Shown piece after piece: positions 1-9,077 of a stretch of 64,000 nt of DNA; within the stretch, counting starts at the first letter, position 1, and every line of letters begins with the position of its first letter. Source of the stretch: [Candidatus Thermochlorobacteriaceae] bacterium GBChlB. GTDB lineage: Bacteria; Bacteroidota; Chlorobiia; Chlorobiales; Thermochlorobacteraceae. The stretch is taken from contig JPGV01000003.1 of NCBI GenBank assembly GCA_000724175.1, forward strand, positions 4,205 to 68,204, given 5' to 3'. The translations under genes and the position numbers were made by a program. The notes beneath the pieces are model-generated. The model was given only the letters and a program-made list of their open reading frames with translations. It searched no databases and was not told where the DNA came from.

Positions 1-1
1 C

Positions 2-1021
2 AGACTTGAAAAAGACGTTAGGGCGACCGTCGATGCCGACTGGCGACACGCCACGGCGACGAACCACACGGCGACACACTTGCTGCACGCCGCGCTGCGT
101 CTGGTTCTCGGCGACCATGTTCAGCAAAAAGGCTCGCTCGTAACAGCGGAACGCCTGAGGTTCGATTTCAGCCACTTCGAGAAACCCAGCGACGAGCAGC
201 TTGCCAAAATTGAATCGACGGTAAACGAACAAGTGCGCTTGGCAACCAGCGTGAAGAAACATGTCGATGTGGCGTTTGACGATGCCAAAAAAATGGGCGC
301 GTTGGCGTTCTTCGGCGATAAATACGGCGAGCGTGTGCGCGTGTTGGAAATTCCGAATTTCTCGATTGAATTTTGCGGCGGCACGCATTTAGACAATGTC
401 GGGCAAATCGGTCTGCTCAAAATTATTTCTGAATCGAGCATCGCATCGGGCATTCGCCGCATAGAAGCCGTTACAGGCAAAGCCGCCGAAGCCTTGTTCC
501 GCAAAGAGTTCGAGGAGATGACCGAGTTGAAACAGCTCTTGAATGTCCAGCAGGACGATGATGTTGCTACGCGCGTCAAAAAATTGCTCGACGAGCGCAA
601 AGCGTTGGAAAAGCAACTTCAACGCTTGAAAGTAGATGCAGCGCAGTGGCGTATGAACGACGTGCTGGGCATGCCCGAACATCTGTTCGGCATTGACATC
701 ATTGCGCGTGAACTTGATTGGATTGAAAGCGTTGACGAGTTGCAAGGCGCCGCAGAGTTTGCGCGACAAAAACTTAAAAATGGCGCGGGCTTGCTTGGCA
801 GTGTGATTGACGGCAAAGTCTCGCTCGTTGCCTTTGTCTCCGATGATGTGATTCAGTCGAAACAGTTGCACGCCGGAAAACTCATCGGCGACGTGGCGAA
901 GGTCGTGCAGGGCGGCGGCGGCGGCCGAGCGCAACTGGCTACCGCAGGCGGCAAAGACCCGGCGAAACTCAAAGACGCCATGGAGAAATTCAGGGAGCTG
1001 GTTCAAGCACAACTAAACTAA
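2..1021 (+). CDS. alaS: Alanine--tRNA ligase, C-terminal ~340 aa (5' end lies outside the window)
   Basis: The frame is open from the window edge (RLEKDVRATVDADWRHATATNHTATHLLHAALR...). It carries the AlaRS editing-domain signatures HTATHLL and FCGGTH and a C-terminal GGGGGRAQLATAGG tail. Stop at 1019-1021. Confidence 0.93.
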   Translation, partial: RLEKDVRATVDADWRHATATNHTATHLLHAALRLVLGDHVQQKGSLVTAERLRFDFSHFEKPSDEQLAKIESTVNEQVRLATSVKKHVDVAFDDAKKMGALAFFGDKYGERVRVLEIPNFSIEFCGGTHLDNVGQIGLLKIISESSIASGIRRIEAVTGKAAEALFRKEFEEMTELKQLLNVQQDDDVATRVKKLLDERKALEKQLQRLKVDAAQWRMNDVLGMPEHLFGIDIIARELDWIESVDELQGAAEFARQKLKNGAGLLGSVIDGKVSLVAFVSDDVIQSKQLHAGKLIGDVAKVVQGGGGGRAQLATAGGKDPAKLKDAMEKFRELVQAQLN

Positions 1022-1039
1022 CGCGGCTGACATTTACAG

Positions 1040-1063
1040 TCCGTCCCGATGTGTCGGGACGGA
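1040..1063. terminator. Hairpin between the convergent alaS and ispH genes (possible bidirectional terminator)
   Basis: tccgtcccga / tgtg / tcgggacgga gives a 10-bp perfect stem with a 4-nt loop. There is no clear U-tract on either side. Confidence 0.4.
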
Positions 1064-1100
1064 ATCCACTGTAAAATTGAGCCTCTTCGGCGCACGCGAC

Positions 1101-2045
1101 TTAAACTGCAACGCCTGTGTCTGAAAATTTCTTGCGAATCACGTCGGCGACAAGCTCCATTTGCCACATCGGCGTCGAGGTTGCACCGCAAATGCCGACC
1201 GTTTGAACTGGCGAGCCATCATCGTTCAAAAACCATTCGTCTTGCAGTTCGCCTTCATGCTCGGCAAAGTATGTGCGCGGGTTGACACCTTTGCAAATGC
1301 CAAACAAGACTTTTCCATTGGAACTCTTTTTGCCTGCAATGAAGATAATGACATCGTTTTGCTGCGCGAACTTCGTGAGCTTCTCGTCGCGGTTCGAGAC
1401 TTGTCGGCAAATGGTGTCTTTGGCGAGAAACTCTGCCGCTTCGCTGTCGGTCGATTCCTTATCAAAGTTGGCCACGCTGCCCTCAGCGGCAAAGCGTTTG
1501 ATGAGGTTGTCGCGCAGTTCATAGAAGCCCTTGGTGTCTTGCGTCGTTTGCGAGAGCAGCACCGTTTTTTTCGTGTAGTCAATCGCGGCGAGTTCCGACT
1601 CATCGTGCAGGTCGGCGTATTTAATTACAATCGCTTCGTTGTTGCATTGCCCGTTGACGCCGATGACCTCTGCGTGGTCTTTCTTGCCGTAAATGAGAAT
1701 CTGGTAGCCTTTCTCGTAGAAGTCGCGCGCGCGGCGTTGGAGTTTCAAGACGACGGGACAAGAGGCATCGATTAGCTCAATGTTGTTGTCAAGCGCGAAC
1801 TTGTAGGTTTCTGGCGGCTCGCCGTGCGCCCGAATGAGCACTTTGGAATTTTTGAGTTTGAAAAAATCGTCCTTCGAAATCGTCTGTAAGCCCATCGCGC
1901 CAAGTCGATTGACCTCAACCGCGTTGTGGACGATGTCGCCGAGCGAATAGAGGTGGTTGGATTCTTTCAATTCGCCTTCTGCCATTTCAATAGCGAACTG
2001 CACGCCGAAGCAAAATCCTGATTGCGTATCAACGGTAACTTTCAT
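1101..2045 (-). CDS. ispH: 4-hydroxy-3-methylbut-2-enyl diphosphate reductase (IspH/LytB)
   Basis: 314 aa. Contains GFCFGV, DASCPVV and DTICRQV (the three Fe-S cysteines) and SSNG, giving the typical LytB layout. Confidence 0.93.
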   Translation of the reverse strand: MKVTVDTQSGFCFGVQFAIEMAEGELKESNHLYSLGDIVHNAVEVNRLGAMGLQTISKDDFFKLKNSKVLIRAHGEPPETYKFALDNNIELIDASCPVVLKLQRRARDFYEKGYQILIYGKKDHAEVIGVNGQCNNEAIVIKYADLHDESELAAIDYTKKTVLLSQTTQDTKGFYELRDNLIKRFAAEGSVANFDKESTDSEAAEFLAKDTICRQVSNRDEKLTKFAQQNDVIIFIAGKKSSNGKVLFGICKGVNPRTYFAEHEGELQDEWFLNDDGSPVQTVGICGATSTPMWQMELVADVIRKKFSDTGVAV

Positions 2046-2054
2046 ATTGGAACT

Positions 2055-2062
2055 TCCTCCTT
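2055..2062 (-). promoter_or_regulatory. Shine-Dalgarno sequence of ispH
   Basis: The minus strand reads AAGGAGGA, 9 nt upstream of the ispH ATG (2043-2045). Confidence 0.6.
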
Positions 2063-2113
2063 AGAATTTGGCTCAAATTTACAAAACGCTTACGGGATTT
2101 TTGTCGGATTAGT

Positions 2114-2788
2114 TCAGTTCCCAATGAGTATTGCGGCGCGGCGGTAAATGAACTCAACTTGTTCGTCAATTGAAAGCGCTGAGGTGTCGAGTTCAATGGC
2201 GTCGGCAGCTTTGCGAAGCGGCGCGAGTGCTCGTTCTGAATCTTCTTTATCGCGGCGCAAAATGTCTTGTTCAAGGTCGTCGAGCGTCAGGGCGGTTTCG
2301 CCTTTAAGTTGGAGTTCTTCCAGTCGCCGTTTGGCGCGCTCGCGGGCAGAGGCGGTCATGAAGACTTTTAGGTCGGCGTCGGGAAAAATCACAGTGCCGA
2401 TGTCGCGCCCGTCCATCACGATGCCCTTTTCGTTGCCGAATTTTTTTTGACACTCTGTCAGTTTTTCCCGCACAAGTTTCAGCGAACTGACTTTGCTGAC
2501 TTTGCTTGAGATGTCGTGCGTGCGAATTTTATCGGATACATCTTCGCCGTCCAAAAATACTGCTCCATGCTCCAAGTGAATATCGGTTGCATCTAAGAGG
2601 GCTTTTAGCATTGCCTCGTCCGTGAACGCGGTATCGTACGCATTTTCTCGAAGCAATTTGAGCGTGATGGCGCGATACATTGCGCCCGTATCAATGTAGG
2701 TATAGTTCAGCCGTTTGGCTAAGGCTTTGGCGGTCGTGCTTTTCCCAGATGCTGCAGGACCGTCGATGGCGATGATAATTTTTTTCAA
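2114..2788 (-). CDS. cmk: Cytidylate kinase
   Basis: 224 aa. Contains the P-loop IAIDGPAASGKST, then YIDTGAMYR and DGRDIGT. Confidence 0.93.
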   Translation of the reverse strand: MKKIIIAIDGPAASGKSTTAKALAKRLNYTYIDTGAMYRAITLKLLRENAYDTAFTDEAMLKALLDATDIHLEHGAVFLDGEDVSDKIRTHDISSKVSKVSSLKLVREKLTECQKKFGNEKGIVMDGRDIGTVIFPDADLKVFMTASARERAKRRLEELQLKGETALTLDDLEQDILRRDKEDSERALAPLRKAADAIELDTSALSIDEQVEFIYRRAAILIGN

Positions 2789-2850
2789 TGGCGTAATAGG
2801 TTTCGCGAAAATACGACAATCTCGACAAGTGTTTCGCCCGTCGGTAAAAA

Positions 2851-4260
2851 TTACACCATGCGTTGCAACGCCGCGCTGAACTTGTGCGCCAATGCCTCTG
2901 CGTCAGTTTTGGTTCGGGCTTCGGCATAGACACGCACAATCGGCTCTGTGTTCGATTTTCGCAAATGCACCCATGAGTCTTGAAATTCCAATTTCAAACC
3001 GTCGATGGTTATCGGCGTCGCAGTTGGGTGCTGGGCAATGAGTTGCGAGAACGCGTCGCCCACGTTCGCGTTCTCGGGCAGGGTTAGCTTCTGCTTTGCG
3101 ATATGAAATTCGGGAAATGTCCGTTTGAAATCGGAGAGTTTTTTATCGGGATTTTTTTCTTGAAAGTCTGCAAAGGCTTGTAAAAACAGGGCGATTCCGA
3201 CGAGTGCATCTCTGCCGTAATGCACATCGGGTAAAATGACGCCGCCATTGCCTTCGCCGCCGATGCTTGCTTGAACAGCTTTCATCGCTTCAATCACATG
3301 GGCTTCGCCGACCTTTGCGCTGCGGCATTCGACGCCGTGCTTTCTTGCCACCTCGCGCAGCGCCAGACTGCTCGAGAGATTATTGACCACCGCGCCTTTT
3401 CGATGTTTCAAATAAAAATCGGCGCAAGCGACAAGCGTATATTCTTCGCCGAAAAGCGTGCCGTCTTCGCAAATGAAACACACACGGTCGACGTCGGGAT
3501 CGACGACAATGCCAATATCCGCGCCGTGATACGCCGTTAGCCCTTGTGTCTCGACTAAGTTTTCTTCAATCGGTTCGGGCGGTCTGGGAAAAATGCCGCT
3601 TCCGTTACACGATATTCTGACAAGCTCTGCTGCGCCAAGCGCCTCGCAGAGTGTTGGAATAATCTCTGAGCCTGCCCCGTTGACCGCATCGACGAGCATT
3701 TTATAGCGCCGCGCCGCGATTTTCTTGACATCAATCACAGGCAACGACAAGACCTTGCGCAGATGTATATCATTATAGCCGTCGTTGGGAATCGCCATTC
3801 CAAATTTGTTCCATTCTGCCGAAATGAAGTCGCCGCTTGCCACAATCGCTTTTAACTCCTCGCCCTGCGCCGCCGTAAGAAATTCGCCTAAGCCGTTGAG
3901 CAATTTCAGCGCGTTCCATTCCAGCGGATTGTGCGACGCAGAAACGATAATGCCGCCATCAGCGCGCTCTTCAATGACGGCGACCTCGACCGTTGGGGTT
4001 GTCGCCATACCGAGATTAACGACATTGCAGCCCGCTTGCACCAACACGGCTTGCACATACTCGAGAATCACTTTTCCGGTTGGGCGCGTATCGCGTCCGA
4101 TGACCACTTTCGGCACGCCGATAGAGAGATTTATCCCGACACCGCTTCTTTGTCGGTGCAACCATGTGGCAAAGGCTTGGGCATAGGTTGTCAGAACGAT
4201 TGGGGTAAGGCTATCGCCGACGATGCCGCGAATGCCCGATACGCTGACCATTAAGCTCAT
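2851..4260 (-). CDS. glmM: Phosphoglucosamine mutase-like alpha-D-phosphohexomutase
   Basis: 469 aa. Has an N-terminal SVSGIRGIVG, the phosphoserine loop VSASHNPLEWNALKLL (the Bacteroidota-style GlmM form) and the metal loop VVDPDVDR. Confidence 0.8.
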   Translation of the reverse strand: MSLMVSVSGIRGIVGDSLTPIVLTTYAQAFATWLHRQRSGVGINLSIGVPKVVIGRDTRPTGKVILEYVQAVLVQAGCNVVNLGMATTPTVEVAVIEERADGGIIVSASHNPLEWNALKLLNGLGEFLTAAQGEELKAIVASGDFISAEWNKFGMAIPNDGYNDIHLRKVLSLPVIDVKKIAARRYKMLVDAVNGAGSEIIPTLCEALGAAELVRISCNGSGIFPRPPEPIEENLVETQGLTAYHGADIGIVVDPDVDRVCFICEDGTLFGEEYTLVACADFYLKHRKGAVVNNLSSSLALREVARKHGVECRSAKVGEAHVIEAMKAVQASIGGEGNGGVILPDVHYGRDALVGIALFLQAFADFQEKNPDKKLSDFKRTFPEFHIAKQKLTLPENANVGDAFSQLIAQHPTATPITIDGLKLEFQDSWVHLRKSNTEPIVRVYAEARTKTDAEALAHKFSAALQRMV

Positions 4261-4280
4261 AGATTTGAGACATTTGGGTT

Positions 4281-4313
4281 AAAACAAAAAAGGCAAGCCT
4301 ATCAGCTTGCCTT
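4281..4313 (-). terminator. Rho-independent terminator downstream of the OmpA-family gene
   Basis: The minus strand reads AAGGCAAGC-TGATAG-GCTTGCCTT followed by TTTTGTTTT. It begins 20 nt after the stop at 4333. Confidence 0.75.
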
Positions 4314-4332
4314 TCGAGACCGAACAAGTTGC

Positions 4333-5403
4333 TTACTTGCCTTTGGCTTTGCGGACTTTCGCCCCAGTTTTACGGGTTTCTTTCACATCTTCCATTGTGC
4401 CAGTAGCACGCAGTTCGATGCGACGGTTTTGGGCGCGACCCTCTTCCGTGCTGTTGTCGCCGACAGGTTCGGATTCGCCAGCGCCTCTGACCGACATACG
4501 GCGGGCTGCAATCTTATTTTTCACAAAGTAGGCTTTGACTGCCGCAGCGCGACGCAACGAGAGCGCGTTGTTGGACTTCTTTCGTGCGGCTTCCCACTTG
4601 CTATATCGCTTCTTGAAGACTTCGTCTTTCTCTTTCTTGCCCTTGACAGGTGCTTTGCCACCAGAGTTATCGGTATGTCCAGAGATTTCGACAAGCAAGT
4701 TTTTCTTCTGGTTGAGTATGGTCAGCGCTTCGGCAAGTTTGGCTTCTTCGGCGCGCGGAATGTTGGCGCTACCCGTCGGGAAGTTGATGGAGATAGCTAA
4801 CTTATCGCCGACCGAGAAGTCATTCACCACAAGGTCTCTCTTCGAGTCAGCTTTTCCGCCTTTGCCAAACGCCGTAACGGTATAGGAAACAGTACCTTTG
4901 GTTTTGCCCATTACTTTGGTGTTGCCGCGTGGCGGGAACATACCGAGGAACGAGCCATCGCTGCCGCGCACTTCCACATAGTCTGCGTTCTTGACATCCC
5001 ACGAGAGTTCCGCAGTTTCTTCCGCTTTGATGGTAGCTGGGTTAATGTTGAACGTAATTGATGGCATTGGCATCGGCGGCGTTACGGTAACACCGATGGT
5101 CATTTCTGCCATCGCGCCGTACTTATTGCGAGCGGAAAGCGTGTAGCTGGTGTTGGAGGTAGGTTGTAAATCTTTGGAGCCACTGGCATCGACCATGCCG
5201 ATACCGCTAATCTCGACAGTGTCGGCGTCGCTGACCGACCAAGTCAATGTGGTGGATTTACCGGACTCAATGATGTTGTTTTTGGCTTCAAACCCTTTGA
5301 TGACCGGCATCGGTGGCGCTTGCGGCGCAGAGCCGCAGGCAGCGACAAATACGCTCAACACAGCTGTGCAGGCGAGGTATGAGAAGAGTTTTTTGTAACT
5401 CAT
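4333..5403 (-). CDS. OmpA-family peptidoglycan-associated lipoprotein with two N-terminal Ig-like repeats
   Basis: 356 aa. Has a signal peptide with the lipobox-like FVAAC, two similar ~90-aa beta-rich modules, and a C-terminal OmpA_C motif (GHTDNSGG ... NNALSLRRAAAVKAYF ... NRRIELR). Confidence 0.88.
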   Translation of the reverse strand: MSYKKLFSYLACTAVLSVFVAACGSAPQAPPMPVIKGFEAKNNIIESGKSTTLTWSVSDADTVEISGIGMVDASGSKDLQPTSNTSYTLSARNKYGAMAEMTIGVTVTPPMPMPSITFNINPATIKAEETAELSWDVKNADYVEVRGSDGSFLGMFPPRGNTKVMGKTKGTVSYTVTAFGKGGKADSKRDLVVNDFSVGDKLAISINFPTGSANIPRAEEAKLAEALTILNQKKNLLVEISGHTDNSGGKAPVKGKKEKDEVFKKRYSKWEAARKKSNNALSLRRAAAVKAYFVKNKIAARRMSVRGAGESEPVGDNSTEEGRAQNRRIELRATGTMEDVKETRKTGAKVRKAKGK

Positions 5404-5644
5404 GTTGCTTTGTGCTTTTTTATTAACGGAGATGTGAAAAAATTGGCATTAGTTTTTCAAAATTCAGATTTTGCAGCGACTTGATTGCAGCCGTAAGAAT
5501 CGGACGCAAATATAAAAGAATTTAAACCGAATCAAAAAATTCAGTTTGGCTCTTTGGCGGCGGGAGCCACAGTCGGAAAGCTACTCATCGGCGAGCATTG
5601 AAATAACCATATGCTTCAAAGATGCGAAAAAAAACGGTAAATCC

Positions 5645-7141
5645 CTAAACGCCTGCCTTTTTTTTGGTCGTCATTTGTCGCAGCGCTTCTCCCAGAGGCG
5701 CCAGCGTTACACCAGAGACGATGGCGTTCAAGCATAGCCCGACGATGAAAATCACGCCGTTCCCCAGCCACATGGCCACACTTGGCGCTACTATCGCGCG
5801 GTCGGCTAATTTTTCACCGCCAATCAAAAACGCCCAATACACCAAGAAGAAGAGCAACGAGAGCCCCGCGCCAATCCCGAACCCGCCGCGCTTTGCCATT
5901 ACGCCAAGCGGCACGCCGACCAATACAAAAAAGAAACACGCAAACGGCAACGCATATTTTTTATGCACCTCTACCATATAGCTGCTGATGTTGTTTTCGT
6001 AGTTGCCGATTCGATACAGGTGGTTGCTGATGAGCGACATATTGTTCCGCAGAATCGTCAGGGCTTGGTCGGCGACAATGTCGCGCCGTTCAATGGCGAC
6101 ATGGCGTAAATAACCTAATGAATCGACTGGCGGCGCTGTCGTGCTTCGTTGCGCCATCGCGTTCAGCACGGAGTCGGCAGGCGGGCTAAGTGACGGGAGT
6201 TCAGAGACGACCAATTGAAGCCGAACACTGTCGGAGAGGAGCAGGCTTGTCGGCAAGGTCAGTAAATCAATATGTTGTCTCATCTCGCGCAGGCGGTTTT
6301 CGCGTGCCAGATTGAGTTGAGCGGATAAACTGTCGCAGATGGAGAGCATATCGTCCGCCGACAGTTCTCGGTCGCCACGGCTGACCGCGCTCTCATCGGA
6401 ACGCTCAAAGCCATAGCCCGTTGCGTCGAACAACACTTTGTGATAAAGGAAACTTACTTTACGATAGCTCTTTTGGGTTTCCTTGTCGATTTCGTGCATT
6501 TCGCCGTTGATTAAGGTCATCAGCAGATAGCGTCCGTCGCGGCTGAACTCCATAATGCCAGAATCGGCAACGACGACCGCCGTTTTGCCCGCATCGGTGT
6601 AATCATAAATTGTAATGCCTTTCAAGCCCGGCGATTGCTCAAAGGTTTTTTGAACTAAAATTGAATACCCGTAAATCATATCCGAGAAAACGCCATCTTT
6701 GAGTCCAAACGACGGTTTTTGGCGCGAGACGTCCATCATCAACACTTTGGCGCGGTGGTTGGCTTCGGGCAGAACGACGTTACCGAACCGTTCCGTCAGC
6801 CATGCCAGTGTCAGCCCTGCCATGAGCACAGGAAACATTATGCGGTTGACGGAAATGCCGCCTGCGCGCATGGCGGTCATTTCCAGCGTGTTGGTTAGGT
6901 TGCCGAAGGTCATCAGGGTAGCGATGAGTGTCGCCATTGGCGCGGCAAGCACCACCATCCACGCAATTTGCAGCAGCACCAGTTCAATAATGACCGTTAT
7001 ATCCAAGCCTTTGCCGACGAGCTTATCGAGCGTGCGCGTCAAGAACTGCACCGTGAAGACGAAAATCACTGTAACGAAGCCGAACAAAAAAGGCCCAATG
7101 TGTTCCTTCAACACGTATTTGGTCAAGATTCTCAGTTTCAT
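5645..7141 (-). CDS. LptF/LptG-family LPS export permease (YjgP/YjgQ)
   Basis: 498 aa. Has the N-terminal ILTKYVLKEHIGPFLFGF, several TM segments at both ends and a large central periplasmic insert. It overlaps hisD by 4 nt. Confidence 0.85.
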   Translation of the reverse strand: MKLRILTKYVLKEHIGPFLFGFVTVIFVFTVQFLTRTLDKLVGKGLDITVIIELVLLQIAWMVVLAAPMATLIATLMTFGNLTNTLEMTAMRAGGISVNRIMFPVLMAGLTLAWLTERFGNVVLPEANHRAKVLMMDVSRQKPSFGLKDGVFSDMIYGYSILVQKTFEQSPGLKGITIYDYTDAGKTAVVVADSGIMEFSRDGRYLLMTLINGEMHEIDKETQKSYRKVSFLYHKVLFDATGYGFERSDESAVSRGDRELSADDMLSICDSLSAQLNLARENRLREMRQHIDLLTLPTSLLLSDSVRLQLVVSELPSLSPPADSVLNAMAQRSTTAPPVDSLGYLRHVAIERRDIVADQALTILRNNMSLISNHLYRIGNYENNISSYMVEVHKKYALPFACFFFVLVGVPLGVMAKRGGFGIGAGLSLLFFLVYWAFLIGGEKLADRAIVAPSVAMWLGNGVIFIVGLCLNAIVSGVTLAPLGEALRQMTTKKKAGV

Positions 7142-8442
7142 CGCGCCTTAGTGGTTGTGTGGCGTTTCAGACGAACCCGTATGGCTTCGGCGTGCGCGGA
7201 CAAGTCTTCGGCGTCGGCGAATCGGGCGATGTCGTCGCCAGTTTTTTGCAATCGAGCTGCTGTGTATGCAATAATCGAGGTGCGTTTCAAAAAGTCGCGC
7301 GTCGAGAGCGCAGAGAAAAATCGCGCGGTGCCACTTGTAGGCAGCGTATGGTTTGGTCCGGCAAAGTAGTCGCCGACGGATTCGGCAGAATGCTCGCCTA
7401 AGAAAATCGCGCCAGCGTGTTTGAGTTTCGGCAAGAGTTCAAACGGGTTGGCAGTATGCACTTCCAAGTGTTCGGGCGCAAGCGTATTGGCAACGGCGCA
7501 CGCCTCGTCTAAATCGTCGACCACAATAATCGCCGACTGTTTCTGAATTGCTGCCTCGATAATCGCTTTGCGCGGCTGTTTCGGCAAGCGTCTCGTGGAC
7601 TCTTTCTGCACCGCGTCGGCCAGTGTTCTCGACGGCGTGATGAGTATGGCAGACGCATCGATATCGTGTTCGGCTTGCGAAAATAAATCCATCGTAATGA
7701 ACTCCGCGTCGGCGCGTTCATCGGCAATGACAGCGATTTCACTTGGCCCAGCGACGGAATCAATCGAGACATCACCGAAAACCAACCGTTTGGCAGCCGC
7801 CACGTATTTATTTCCGGGTCCGGTGATTTTATCGACTTTCGGCACGCTCTCTGTGCCGTAAGCAAACGCGGCGATGGCGTGCGCGCCGCCCAAAAGAAAC
7901 ACATCGCCGACGCCCGCCACTGCCGACGCCAGCGCAATGTTCGGGTGAACGCCGCCGTTTGGATTGTGCGGCGTCGTGATGCACACCTCGCCCACGCCTG
8001 CGACTTTGGCGGGAATCACATTCATTAACACGGACGAGGGATAAACCGCTCTGCCGCCCGGCACATAGCACAGCGCGCGTTCCATCGGCGTGATTTTTTG
8101 ACCAATTAAAACACCGTCGCCGTCCTCATAGAAAAAACTTTTGTCGAGTTCGAATCGATGAAATCGCTCAATGTTGGCGGCGGCTTGTTCGAGAATTTTT
8201 TTCAGCGACGGGTCGGCGGCTTTGAGTGCGGCGTTGAGCTGTTTTGGCGTCGCCCGAAAGGCATTGAGCTTAACGCGGTCAAACTGCAGGGTGTAGTCGC
8301 GCACAGCCGCATCGCCACGGGTTCGGACATCGGAGAGAATGCGCTTCACGTGCTGCTCGACGGTGTCGTCCAGAACAGTTCGACGGGAGAGAAATTTCGT
8401 CAGCAACTCCGGCTGTTTTGCATAGCGAATAAGCTCGAACAT
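7138..8442 (-). CDS. hisD: Histidinol dehydrogenase
   Basis: 434 aa. Contains AGPSEIAVIADE, SQAEHD and LAPEHLEVH motifs. Confidence 0.93.
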   Translation of the reverse strand: MFELIRYAKQPELLTKFLSRRTVLDDTVEQHVKRILSDVRTRGDAAVRDYTLQFDRVKLNAFRATPKQLNAALKAADPSLKKILEQAAANIERFHRFELDKSFFYEDGDGVLIGQKITPMERALCYVPGGRAVYPSSVLMNVIPAKVAGVGEVCITTPHNPNGGVHPNIALASAVAGVGDVFLLGGAHAIAAFAYGTESVPKVDKITGPGNKYVAAAKRLVFGDVSIDSVAGPSEIAVIADERADAEFITMDLFSQAEHDIDASAILITPSRTLADAVQKESTRRLPKQPRKAIIEAAIQKQSAIIVVDDLDEACAVANTLAPEHLEVHTANPFELLPKLKHAGAIFLGEHSAESVGDYFAGPNHTLPTSGTARFFSALSTRDFLKRTSIIAYTAARLQKTGDDIARFADAEDLSAHAEAIRVRLKRHTTTKAR

Positions 8443-8460
8443 TGAAAATATCCTAACTAA

Positions 8461-9072
8461 TTAATTTAGCTTGACCAGCGCAGCGAAAATAGTTTTCAGC
8501 AGTTTTGCGCGGGCTTGTCCGTCCTGCGCGAGTTCTTTTTCACGCGCTAAAAAGCCCTGTTGTTTGGTCTCCGAGCCTTTGACAAATTGAATCAATTTTG
8601 CTTTTGCGTAGTGGCAACTTGCATTGATTTGCGGCTGCGAGACATACTCCAGCGGGTCGCCGACAAGTGAGTCTGTTGCAGCGCGGTCAGCTGGCGCAAT
8701 CGCATAAAAAACCAAGTCGCCTTTCGGATTGAACAGATACTCGGCAGCATAGGTTCGCTTTCCAAACGACACTTTTTCGTGTGCCTTGACCAATCGCTCG
8801 GTTCGCGTCTCTTCGGTGATTTCAAAGTAGAACTGCACGCGGCGTTGATAGGCTCCGATTGCCGTCCAGAGTTTGTCGTTTGCCCCCATCGTGATGTCGG
8901 CTCGATAAAATTCGGGCGTTTGGAGGGTGTCGCGGGCGAGTTTTTCCGACACCTCGTTGTAGAGCCGACGAATTTCTGCAACGGCGTCCGCGACTCTGTC
9001 AGCAGGTTGCGCCGCCGCCACTTGGGTGATAAAAAGCCAGAGAAGCGTAAAAAGAAAACGAGTCATTGGCAA
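8461..9072 (-). CDS. Hypothetical secreted protein
   Basis: 203 aa. Has an N-terminal signal peptide (FLFTLLWLFITQVAAAQ). I recognise no domain. It is tightly packed in the minus-strand gene run. Confidence 0.6.
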   Translation of the reverse strand: MPMTRFLFTLLWLFITQVAAAQPADRVADAVAEIRRLYNEVSEKLARDTLQTPEFYRADITMGANDKLWTAIGAYQRRVQFYFEITEETRTERLVKAHEKVSFGKRTYAAEYLFNPKGDLVFYAIAPADRAATDSLVGDPLEYVSQPQINASCHYAKAKLIQFVKGSETKQQGFLAREKELAQDGQARAKLLKTIFAALVKLN

Positions 9073-9077
9073 TGCGC